Positions 38,223-50,599 of a stretch of 64,000 nt of DNA are shown one piece after another. Source of the DNA: Octopus bimaculoides (Eukaryota); the NCBI RefSeq assembly GCF_001194135.2, contig NC_068990.1, forward strand, positions 13,666,975 to 13,730,974, given 5' to 3'. Position numbers and translations under genes: made by a program. Position 1 is the first letter of the stretch. Each line of letters begins with the position of its first letter. The notes beneath the pieces are model-generated. The model saw nothing but the letters and a program-made list of their open reading frames with translations. It was not told where the DNA came from and made no database searches.

Positions 38223-38612
38223 TCTAATTGATGTATGAATACCAGCAGATGACAACGTTTCTCTAAAAGAAATGAAAAAACTTTCAAAATACAAAGATCT
38301 GGAAATAGAGATAACTCGAATGTGGAATCTAAAAACAGAAACAATTCCTATCATAGTAGGTGCCTTAGGTATAATAAAAAAATATTCAGACAAATACATA
38401 ACAAAAACACCAGGACTTACAAATATATATAACATACAGAAAATTGCACTACTGGGTACTGCACACATTCTGCGCAAAACACTTTCAATACAGTAAACAT
38501 AAGAGCACCACAGCAAACCACAGCACATACCCAAGGCGCACAGAGCTGCGCTCGGTAGTGAAGTGAAAGCACGTTATAAAAATAAAACTACTGAACAATA
38601 ATAATAATAATA
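38223..38612 (+). mobile_element. Dong/R4 LINE 3' end, little diverged
   Basis: Open frame KLSKYKDLEIEITRMWNLKTETIPIIVGALGII...LLGTAHILRKTLSIQ*, then 3' UTR and (AAT)n tail; 5' part in gap. Confidence 0.92.
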
Positions 38613-40499
38613 ATACTATTACTACTATTGTTACTGTTGTTGTTGTTACTATTAATTGTAGTAATGCACTGTTTTTAGTACTATTCCAAATTATTTATAA
38701 TAATATTATTAATACTATTACTATCATAATACTATATTGGTCCTAAAAATCAATGCATCTATATTCTGTAAATGCTGCGTAGAATTTTTTTTGTGCTGAA
38801 GAATTCCACTTTACAAATGTAAGAATTACAGCCTGAAGCATGTATCAATAATTTGCCGTATAATGTTTGAGATGGAGTAATAAGATTATCATCTTGATCA
38901 TATGCTTAGATTCATCACAAAGATTCAAAAATTTGAAATATTCTGAACAGAGGTAGACAAAACAGAATAAAGCAGAGTCGGATGTGAAACAGCAGGAAGC
39001 TATAAAGCGCCAAATATATCCCTGTGTAATTTGTGAAACAAATCTTCTTTTGTGGTGATGAAGACCATAGCTTTAAGGACTTTGGCTTCTATACTATATA
39101 ATAACAATATCGACGAATCTGACTTGAAGTCATAATATAATGAAATTACATTCTCTATTATGATAATGTCCTGAAGGGGATATGAGCCAATGATCTAAGA
39201 CATTGTCTAATTTCGAGAATCCAATATGCCAAAAGGGGAAAAATAAAAATATACGTTTGCTTAATAACTGCTAACATTGATTACCTTTCAATAAAGCATA
39301 AAGTCACGTTTCAATTCAATTGATACTGGTATAGAATTGGTATTTATGTTGTTCGATCCTGGGTACTTAGCAGTTAATGTCAAACCAGGTAGCTTTTGAA
39401 ATCATAAACATGACAGAAATCAAATAATGGAAAAAGTTCTTGTCTGCAGCACTATGTTTTCAGCAACGCTGTTACAACGGTATGTATGCATTATCGATAT
39501 ATCATTGGTACAAAGTTCTGTGCTTAAGAAATAGAAGAAAGAGACGGTGATCTTCGAAGCTTTCTAAATGACATGAATGTAAATGACATCAGTCTGACAT
39601 CAGAAAATAGTAATAAAAAATAACCTGAAATCTGTTGCTCATCAACTTGTTGCAAATGGTGTTTCAATTTGAGAGCCTCGTTGCGACTGCTTGAACAGGT
39701 AGAAATAGAAGATGAATTTGCTTGAAGTTACACCTAATCCTGATAACGTAGGGAAGAGTACTATCAGCTGTGGATTCTTTCTTTAATTACTATACATTCC
39801 AATCTATCTTTCGTTGATAACTATATTTCTCGTGTTATACGTACTGAGTGTTTTCAAGAGAGAAGATGCTCTAGAAATATAATATAAACTCCATCATCCA
39901 TGCAGCAAAAGAAGCTAGTTGCACAATAAAGCATTATAGTGATATTGGTAAGGATTACCCAACATCAGTGATAACTCCTCGGAGCAGTAGTAAACGTCCA
40001 GTAAACTCAGTCTGTCGAAATCTACCATAAAACTGTATGTAACAGCTTTTTTTTTGTTTCAGTGTGCTCCTCGAGTCTTTGTGGCCTTGAATTCCTCACC
40101 CACAAAACAATAAGGTAATACAAAGAGGTCACTCAATAACAGCTAGATAACATTGTGTACCTCTCTCTTAGACAGATGTCTGCCATGAGCTACAGACCCA
40201 TCATTCCAAAAAATATTTTAACGGTGTTCTTTGTCTTCGTCGCCTTTAAAACTATTTCACCATACAAACGCATGATGTTTCTAAATAAGCATTGAAACAA
40301 AATAGGCTTCATCAGACATCTTAACAGGCATTTGCTTTTAATCTACCGGTTTACTATTGGTCGGTGAAGCAACGTTTAGTCACCCCCGACCAGATTACAG
40401 AACAGCCAAAACTGGATCAACTATAACCGATTTTTAAGCTCCTTCATAACCTGAGTCATATAGATTCATAGCGTCGGTTTTCTGGTTTCTGTGGCGTAT

Positions 40500-40675
40500 G
40501 TATTCTTCTCCAGAAGGGAATGCCAGTCTGTCGCAACATTACTGACTGGACTGCAGCAACGTGAAATAAAATGTTTTGCTCACGAACACAACGCATTGCT
40601 CGATCCAGGAATCGAATCGAAATATCAATGTTATGACCATGAGTCCAGCACCCAAACCACTGATCCATGCGCTTT
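40500..40675 (-). mobile_element. tRNA-derived SINE with E/F-type head
   Basis: Minus: GCGCATGGATCAGTGG...TTCGATTCCTGG...GCGTTGTGTTCGTGAGCAAAACATTTTATTTCACGTTGC. Confidence 0.6.
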
Positions 40676-41257
40676 CATTATAACCGATTCTACTAAATGG
40701 GATTTAATCAATTAAAAGCGGATAAATTTATGGGATTTGACAAATACAAAGTAATCAACTAAGCTATGACAACATTATGATCAGCTTAACAATTCAAGAA
40801 AATGCGGCAGCATGACCGCCGTAACTGAAATCAATAACCAAAGAAAAATGTATGAGGTTTCTTGAAACAGCGTATATTTTATAAAGTATCCAACTAAAAT
40901 TCACAGATGTTCTATGAAGGTCTGTCTTCCATAATAAACACCAATAATCTATACATGAAGGAAAGGATACTGATCTGAGGAAAAAAAAAACTTTGGCAGT
41001 TTAAATTAGAGATGCAAGTTTCTTGTAATGGATTGCTTGAAGCGAAATGTTGATCTAATATGTAGTTAAACAGATAATGGATGTTATTTGGTGTAGTATC
41101 ATCATGCATACCTCCCAAATAAACGCCTAAGCCCATGTTTGCCAATAAACACAAGAGTAGTAATGGTTTATGTTCATAAATATGTGTGGTGTGTGTGTGG
41201 TGTGTGAGCGCAAATGCCTGTATATAAATATATATGTATGTATATATATATATATAT

Positions 41258-41294
<37 letters not shown>

Positions 41295-41680
41295 CACTCG
41301 TATACATATACACAAACATGCGCGCGCACATACATGTTGTGTGTGTGTGTGTGTATATATATATATCTATATATATCTATATATANNNNNNNNNNNNNNN
41401 NNNNNNNNNNNNNNNNNNNNNNNNNNNNNNNNNNNNNNNNNNNNNNNNNNNNNNNNNNNNNNNNNNNNNNNNNNNNNNNNNNNNNNNNNNNNNNNNNNNN
41501 NNNNNNNNNNNNNNNNNNNNNNNNNNNNNNNNNNNNNNNNNNNNNNNNNNNNNNNNNNNNNNNNNNNNNNNNNNNNNNNNNNNNNNNNNNNNNNNNNNNN
41601 NNNNNNNNNNNNNNNNNNNNNNNNNNNNNNNNNNNNNNNNNNNNNNNNNNNNNNNNNNNNNNNNNNNNNNNNNNNNNNNN

Positions 41681-41714
<34 letters not shown>

Positions 41715-42667
41715 TATACATATAGATATATTGCAAATTGTAATGGGATATATTCATTAAAGGGACGAATAACAATTAAATAGCTGCTGAATTGCAATCC
41801 CCTACACAATACAGAAACCATTTTTTAAAGAAGAGCTAACGGGTATTTGCCAGCTCGGAAATGGAGAAAACTCAAAGAAAAGAAATGTGAAAAATAATAT
41901 AAATATCGCAAAAAGATATATTTTTATCATCTTGCTGTTGCAGTTTTTGCGGTCTACCCCAGTAAACTTTATAGCAGATAGCAGTGAAGTTACAACAAAA
42001 CATTTTCATATGACAGAATTTTTGCGAGCCAGGGTTAATCATTTTGGTCAACGCACTCTATATGATACAAATAATAAATTTACATGAATAATGAAATAAA
42101 ATACTAGTACTTGTATATTAGTATAAATAGTAATACAAGTTTATTAGTACTGCTCTGTGCAAGGTACCAGGAAACTAGTCGGAGGAGGGGCGGAAGTTTG
42201 AAGTTCAAGTTGGTTAGATGTGTGTGTGTGTGTGTGTGTGCTTTCTGCATGATGGTTGTACTAAAATAAAAGTGGTGTGGCTGAAACGCCTTAAATATTG
42301 GGAGACGGACATTTTCGTATGTGTCCATGGTCACAACAACTTAGAGGAATTTTTGACGAAAGATGGATGATGGGGGGCACTTCAGTCGGGGTTATAGGAA
42401 TTTATTCTGAGTGACCTTTATAAGATAGAAGGAATGAAGCTGGAAATCAGCAGATTTGAGGCCTTGCATATGGCAAACAATCTTAAATGTTATGTTCTCT
42501 TAGTCTTTCCTGGGGAATTTTTCTTCCTGCGATTCTGTATGATTGTACGATTTGATTAATTTTACGCAATGTAAATCCTATTCTCTGAGTTTATTCCTAT
42601 TTTCTTTAGTCCATCGGACGCCCTGCCTGTTGTGGGTTTTGTGGTCAATAAATGAACTGGTATTGTT

Positions 42668-42712
<45 letters not shown>

Positions 42713-43760
42713 TTGCTACTATTGCTACTACTACTGCTGGTGCTGCTACTACTACTCCTGCTACTGCTGGAGCTGCTGCTACTACTACTACTACGACGAC
42801 GACGACGACGACGGCGACGACGATGACGGCGACGACTGGTGGTGGTTGGTGCTGCAGCTGTTGCTACAGTTGCTACAGTTGCTGCTACTGCTGCTACTGC
42901 TTCTATAATTTAGAAATAGTACTACTACTATTATTATGAGTAGAATATGACTTACTTTACTTGAAGATAGATCCTTGAGCGGTCACTCGGTCTGTCCGAT
43001 ATCACAACTAGAATCCCTCTTATCATGTCCCTAGATTAACTAAAAAGAGATAACAAGCTCAACAAAAGCATCATAAATTTCCTGACACGATCTTACCTTC
43101 GCATCTCGAGATAACAACATAGATCTAACTGATCACCATCACCAATAAAAATAATATGAGCAACAACACGAAAAGTAATAATTAATAGTTATCAGAATAT
43201 AGTACATTTGAGAAACACAAATCATGATCAAATACATGGAAGAATACACAAAAGAAAAGCAAATATGAAGATACGCGTGTATGATACTTCAAAGAATCCT
43301 GGACATAGGAAAGGCGTTAATAGATTCAATGACCAAGACAGGAAATAGACATGAAAGGGAATAGGAATTAGTCGATGGATTTTATTCTGAAATGATGACA
43401 ACTTTAATGAAGCATTAAAATTAGAATTATTAAGATTTACTATTGATTTTAGACTAAAGACTATGTTGGCTGATATAAAATTTACATAGTTACATACCAA
43501 TATATAATTGCATCTTTCTGTATAAAACGCTTCATCTATGTTATAAAATAAGTATAAAATTTAAAAAATATGTATTGTATTAATGCTTATTCTGAATAGT
43601 TGGGTTTCTAATATGCTAGAAGAAGACGCTAAATCGCCTTACCATGAAGAATGTGTTCTCAAGAGATTTCAACAAACGCCGGAATGTAAAACGAGATACA
43701 AAATATGATGATGAACTACATTCCTCGACTTCGCTGTTAATATTTACGAATGTAGATATC

Positions 43761-43813
<53 letters not shown>

Positions 43814-43816
<3 letters not shown>

Positions 43817-43928
43817 CGGCGGGCTTCTTTCAGTTTCCGTCTACCAAATCCACTCACAAGGCTTTAGTCGCTCCGAGGACCATGTCGTAGGTAAGCAAGC
43901 TGCTTACCACGCAGCCTCTCCTGCGCCT
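43814..43928 (-). mobile_element. family A SINE 5' part with internal deletion
   Basis: GGGCTTCTTTCAGTTTCCGTCTACCAAATCCACTCACAAGGCTTT joined to GTAAGCAAGCTGCTTACCAC...CTGCGCC. Confidence 0.85.
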
Positions 43929-44089
43929 ATACACACACACACACACACACACATATGTATATTGTATTAGGTATGTATGTAGGCATATATATGTATATAT
44001 ATATGATTGAACAAGTTGGAGTTGACAGAAGGTGATACAAAAGAAACTTTCTTTGTAGTCACTGCAAATGATGCCACGCAACGTATTTC

Positions 44090-44236
44090 TCCAAGTTCGC
44101 AGGTATTTCATTATGTAACTGTTTCTCTTTATTGTGAGATCTTGTTGTACTTCGTCAGGGGATATATAAATGAAGATCTCACAAGATCTACCAATTGAGG
44201 GAAACGGTTACATCACCAAATATCCGCGAAGCTGGA
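44090..44236. mobile_element. diverged fold-back element
   Basis: Three nested inverted blocks: 44133-44143/44173-44183 (11 of 11), 44113-44127/44199-44213 (13 of 15), 44090-44108/44218-44236 (15 of 19). Confidence 0.55.
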
Positions 44237-44460
44237 AACATTTGTATTGATTACAAATACATATTCGTCTCCACTCTTTCTTCTTGATCACAACTCATTC
44301 AGTTCTACATTTACACACTAAGAATCCACAACGCTAATCCAGCAGTATGCATAATGATATTGTTGGATAGCAGTGGGTGAAATGTGAAGGTGGGACAGCT
44401 TTACACTGTACTCTACTGCGTACTTAACAGAATATAGCCTCACTATATATATATATATAT

Positions 44461-44581
44461 AGGGAGAATTCACAAAAAAAAACAAAAGACGACGACAGGT
44501 GGTGAAGAAAACAAACATATGTATTAGTATAATGCTCGGGAAGTGAAAAGTCTTTAACGTTTCGAGCCTATGCTCTTCCAC
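44461..44581 (-). mobile_element. short TA-flanked element with 3' half of a hammerhead motif
   Basis: Minus: AA-GAGC atag GCTC-GAAAC-GTT-AAAG; upstream part lost in gap. Confidence 0.5.
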
Positions 44582-44931
44582 NNNNNNNNNNNNNNNNNNN
44601 NNNNNNNNNNNNNNNNNNNNNNNNNNNNNNNNNNNNNNNNNNNNNNNNNNNNNNNNNNNNNNNNNNNNNNNNNNNNNNNNNNNNNNNNNNNNNNNNNNNN
44701 NNNNNNNNNNNNNNNNNNNNNNNNNNNNNNNNNNNNNNNNNNNNNNNNNNNNNNNNNNNNNNNNNNNNNNNNNNNNNNNNNNNNNNNNNNNNNNNNNNNN
44801 NNNNNNNNNNNNNNNNNNNNNNNNNNNNNNNNNNNNNNNNNNNNNNNNNNNNNNNNNNNNNNNNNNNNNNNNNNNNNNNNNNNNNNNNNNNNNNNNNNNN
44901 NNNNNNNNNNNNNNNNNNNNNNNNNNNNNNN

Positions 44932-44986
<55 letters not shown>

Positions 44987-46074
44987 CGAGTGCGTGTGTG
45001 TTGTGTACTATTTTGAAGCTGAACATGATTTCAGAGTCTTTTTATACTCCTCAGTGCTAGTTACTTCAGTGCTGGCCATATCGAAAAATTATATTTCCGG
45101 TATGGAACTACAAACTACAGTCATTAGAAGATCTTCAGATGTTTTCATCTTACAACCAACTACTGAGTTATTGTACAAATATTATCGTATTCTTTTTTTT
45201 TTTTTATCATATTAAACTCCCCAGTAAGAAGTCGGTACACAGCTCCAAAGATAAATTGATGAAACATAAGGAAGCAGCCTATAGCCTTGAGAAAAACAGA
45301 CGACAAGACGGAGTACGAAGTATTCACACGCAAGCACACACTCACAACACACACACACGTACACACTCATACATATACATACACACATATGTACATACAT
45401 ATATATACTTATATTAACATGCATATATATCTATACACATATGTATACATGCACTTATACATATGCACATAATTATATATATNNNNNNNNNNTATATATA
45501 TATATATATATATATATACATACACACACACACACTCACACACACACAAACACACCGTACTTCCTCGCATGCACTTGTATAGTAATTCTGTCTGGCTTCG
45601 TAGTATTATTTATTTATTGATTTACTTTCATGTGTTGAAATAAATTCTTCTTAGTTTATTGGGAATAGTAAAGTTTAGACTTATAGCATTAATATTTCCA
45701 ATCTCAGTGACTGTAGCTGCTGTATCTTTATGTTTGGTGAGATCAATGGTATTGGCACCAATGAGAACGTTGGATTTTTTAGTCTGGATTGCGCTTAGCC
45801 ATGATCTATCCCAAATAAACCCCAATCTAAAATAATGCAACAGAAACCCTATCCCTAAACCTAACCCTAGCTCTAATCCTAACCCTTACTCTAGAATTTT
45901 GCTTCTGATTAGGTTGTTTGTTATTATGGAGAAAGCAGCTACTTACAATAACCTCAAAATTTATATATATATTCGCATATATAAAGATATTTATACATGC
46001 TGCCTGCCTTAATCATATATATACATATACATAACACAGACACACATATATATACATATTCTTCTATTCTTTTT

Positions 46075-46468
46075 TTTTTTATTTGTTTCAATCATTTGAC
46101 TGCAGCCATGCTGGGACACTGCCGTCAAGGGTTTTAGTCGAACAAATCGCCCCAGGACTTATGCTTTGGAAGATTAGTACTTATTCTATTGGTATCTTTG
46201 GCCGAACCACTAAGTTACGGGTACGTAAACACATCAACATCAGTTGTCAAACAATGGTGGGAGGACGAGCGCAGACGCAAAGACACACGCATATAAATGT
46301 ATATATAAACACGACGGGCTTCTTTCAGTTTCCGTCTACCAAATCAATTCATCGACCCGAGGCTATAGCAGCAAACACTTGCCCAGGGTGACACAAAGTG
46401 AGTTTGTATTCAGAACCAATTAGTTGAGAAGCAAGCTTCTTACCATCATACCACCGTGCCTGCGCCTG
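46075..46468 (-). mobile_element. family A SINE, full length, diverged
   Basis: Tail TTGTTTCAATCATTTGACTGCAGCCATGCTGG through head CCTGCGCC. Confidence 0.85.
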
Positions 46469-46550
46469 TATACATATATATATATACGATGTATATTTAT
46501 ATGTATGTATATTCATATATATAGTTACATATACTTCTGCTTATATCTTG

Positions 46551-46781
46551 TTTCTTTATTGCCCACAAGGGGCTAAACATAGAGGGGACAAACAAGGACA
46601 GACAGAGGGATTAAGTCGATTACATCGACCCCAGTGCGTAACTGGTACTTAATTTATCGACCCCGAAAGGATGAAAGGCAAAGTCGACCTCGGCGGAATT
46701 TGAACTTCGAATGTAACGGCAGACGAAATACCGCTAAGCATTTCACCCGGCGCTCTAATGATTCTGCCAGCTCGCCGCCTT
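46551..46781 (-). mobile_element. family B SINE, full length, tail type 1
   Basis: Closely similar to 1622-1852. Confidence 0.93.
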
Positions 46782-47905
46782 CTACTTATATCTATCCATC
46801 TATCTCTCCATTTATCCATCTATTTATGTATATATGCATGTATGTGTGTAAGTCTGTGTGTGTCTGTGTGTTTCAGCATACACAACAAGCAAAATATATT
46901 TTCTCTTGTTTTGCTGTATTCGTTCATCAGGGCTGCCCCTTACCGCAAATAGCCTCATAAGTTTTATTTATAGATTTATTTATGTGAACACCATCGAAGT
47001 ACAGTGATGAAATGGTTTTAAAAATAACTACCAAGATCTATAATAAACATGTAGTCTAATTCCTGAATATGTCTGAGGCCTGAATGTGTTTTCTTCGCCA
47101 ACCATCTGATCTGTTTCCTCTACTAAAATTCGTCAAACGATTAAGATATTCAAAACAGTTTGTATAACCAGGTACACACATTTCAAAGTATACGTTACTG
47201 TTAACGTTGGCTTACTTTCCACATAACTCTATTTTGAATGTAACATATGCAGCACAAAATTATATCCTGCTGTACATATGGTTGGTCACCTGTTACGATT
47301 TTTATGATGCCAATGTTGGAATCAGTGATGGCAGATATGCAACACATTATATACATATACACTCTTTGCTTTTTCATAAGTCACGGACGCCAACCAGGAA
47401 TAAAAAAATATATAAATCAAGATAGCATTTACTAAGTGCAAATCAAAAGAACAAAAATTCTGTCTGAGAAAATATGCCAAATATTTTACCAAAAAACATT
47501 AACTTAACATTGGTGAAATAAGACAAAAACCTAATTGAACACGATAAGTTCGTAGGTTTTTAAGAACACACACTCATACACATGCGTATAAACACGTTCT
47601 ATCTTCTTTGCTTTATCTGTCTCTCTCACAAACGCACACTCACTCATAAATACACACATACAAGGAGCCATATATACATAAAGGTATATCTATATTTATA
47701 TATATAATATTATATGTATGCATATATATTTTTAAAGTATAATTATAAATATATAATTATAGTTAAGGGCGCTGGAGGAACACCGCCTATACGCTTGAAA
47801 TAGATGTCATACGACTACAAACCACGTAAGTTAGCACTCCGTTTATCATAAAGATATACGTACACACGCACACACATACACGCACATATATAATAAGAGC
47901 GTGTC

Positions 47906-47940
<35 letters not shown>

Positions 47941-48079
47941 CCGTCACACTTTTGTTCGGTATGAAGATAGAAAGAAATTCAAGCAGTTAACTTGAAAGAA
48001 TGGTATCACATATACTAAGATTAAATAATTCTATTTAAGCAGGAGAGAAAGAGAAAGAGAAAGAGTGAGAGAGAGATAG

Positions 48080-48143
<64 letters not shown>

Positions 48144-48484
48144 TGGTGACTGAAAGGAAGACAGGAAAATGTTNNNNNNNNNNNNNNNNNNNNNNNNNNN
48201 NNNNNNNNNNNNNNNNNNNNNNNNNNNNNNNNNNNNNNNNNNNNNNNNNNNNNNNNNNNNNNNNNNNNNNNNNNNNNNNNNNNNNNNNNNNNNNNNNNNN
48301 NNNNNNNNNNNNNNNNNNNNNNNNNNNNNNNNNNNNNNNNNNNNNNNNNNNNNNNNNNNNNNNNNNNNNNNNNNNNNNNNNNNNNNNNNNNNNNNNNNNN
48401 NNNNNNNNNNNNNNNNNNNNNNNNNNNNNNNNNNNNNNNNNNNNNNNNNNNNNNNNNNNNNNNNGAGAGAGAGAGAGGGAGAGG

Positions 48485-48529
<45 letters not shown>

Positions 48530-49783
48530 TGGTGACTGAAAGGAAGACAGGAAAATGTTTATCAGTATTTTCAGAGTAGAAAAATAGATACCTAGATTTC
48601 AAAAAAATATATAGATAGATAGATACATACACGTATTGCTAAATTAAAAGCGGGAGAGAGGAGAGACACAGAGGAATTGAGAGAGAAAGAGAAAAAGTGA
48701 GAGAGACAGTCGATACATAGATGAAAAGAAAAGTTATTACATAGGTACGTTGACTCAGATTGCAGTATTCTGTGGGTGTTATTGGGGACTGTTTTCTTAT
48801 CTGTTGCTCTTTGAGCAATTGATACTCCAAAAAACATCTATGCAGTCGCCCCACTTGCGACAAATAGCAACCAAATCTCCTTCAAATGATACCCTCCTGT
48901 GTTAGTGTATCTCAGGCAACATGGTTGAATTTTGATACGATTGCAGAGTAACGCCATTAGTAGGATAGGAAGAAAGATGAGAGAAAATGAAATAAACTAT
49001 TTCAAATACAATAAAGGTAGGAGTACAAGGAGGTCTAATTTTATGTAATAGGTTGATGGATAATAAAAAAATTTGAGGTTTACAGACATGAGAGCTTTAA
49101 ACGTTCATGGATATTATAAAGTTTGAAAGTTAAAGGACGTGTGAAATGTGATTCTATCTAAATTTATTTTTACCTGTATGTTTTAATAAATATTTGCTCA
49201 TTAAAATCCATACTATAATAATGGATACGAAGCAGAATATATAGTGGTGTTTCAAAATAATTACGTGCACTGAAAACTCTGTAAATATGAACGCTCTTAT
49301 TTTGATAACTTTCTTTTTTGTAACTATTAAAAACCCCATTATGAGTATTGCTATTGCTAGCCAGAGAAGAGAAGCAGCCAGATTTCGTCAACAGGAGAGG
49401 CGAAGAAGATTGAGCAGTGACCGACGAGAAGCTGTAAGAAACATAGATGCTGCACGGTCTACATTGAGCCAAGGCACGACGCACCGAAATTTTAGTACAG
49501 GACTCTCAACGACATAGTGTAAGCCAGAGAACATATGTCACAGGAAAGAGGAGAAATTTTACATCAAAATGCTGAACATCGCGCAGCCTGAGAGAATTGG
49601 AATTTCCAATACCTATCACTAGTACTTCAACATGCAACTGATCTCCTCTTGATTCAATTGGACATCTCTTACACAATGGTCACTTAATTGTTCTTGAGCA
49701 GTTGGTGATTATTAGATACATCTATTATTTAATTTTTGGCATGGGTTTATCCTGTGTGTATAAAATATTCCATAAAATAGTAA

Positions 49784-49823
<40 letters not shown>

Positions 49824-49898
49824 NNNNNNNNNNNNNNNNNNNNNNNNNNNNNNNNNNNNNNNNNNNNNNNNNNNNNNNNNNNNNNNNNNNNNNNNNNN

Positions 49899-49940
<42 letters not shown>

Positions 49941-50135
49941 TGTAAATATATGTAAAACTGGTTATTGATACTTTCAATTACTTTTGGGTATAGATGAGAA
50001 AAATTAGGACATTAAACTACACATTGTTTGACAGGTGCCCAAGTATATATAAATGCATATTTACATGCCTGTGTTCTTCTATGTGATATATATATATATA
50101 TATAGATATATATCTAAAGCTAGGAAGATAGAATG

Positions 50136-50168
<33 letters not shown>

Positions 50169-50599
50169 ATACACACACACACAGATACATACATACATGC
50201 ATAAATTATATAATATCAGTAATAGCGTAAAATATTTCTGAGACACGGAAGAGGATCGAAAATGACGTTAGCCAACGATATGAAGTAAGAATGGAACAAG
50301 GGATGAGAGACATGACCACTAGAAATGTGGATAGTCTTTCTAGAATTTTCTTTGTGTTCAGAGATATTTCCAATACGAATGGTGGAGGTAATATGGAGAA
50401 ATGGACACAATAAAAAGCAGACGTAGTAGACTAAAGAGAATAGCACAGAAGCATCTGCGTTAATCGAATTTATCTTGAATAAACACCAGTAGCGGTGTAA
50501 CTTTAAAAATAATATCCTCACGTGTGTGTTTAGTGTCAAATTTAAATCTAAATAAAGTTTATTTGAATGTCACTGAATGTCTTTCGCTTGGTGTGTGCT

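Noticed and set aside
40270-40330. MSDEAYF on minus, resembling a Tc1/mariner first catalytic Asp motif
   Set aside because: Only one short motif, no downstream collinear support
46860-46935. CTGATGA on minus strand near a weak hairpin
   Set aside because: No correctly spaced stem II, GAAA and NUH
48143-48559. 31-nt direct repeat GTGGTGACTGAAAGGAAGACAGGAAAATGTT on both sides of a gap
   Set aside because: Most likely overlapping contig ends (assembly artefact)
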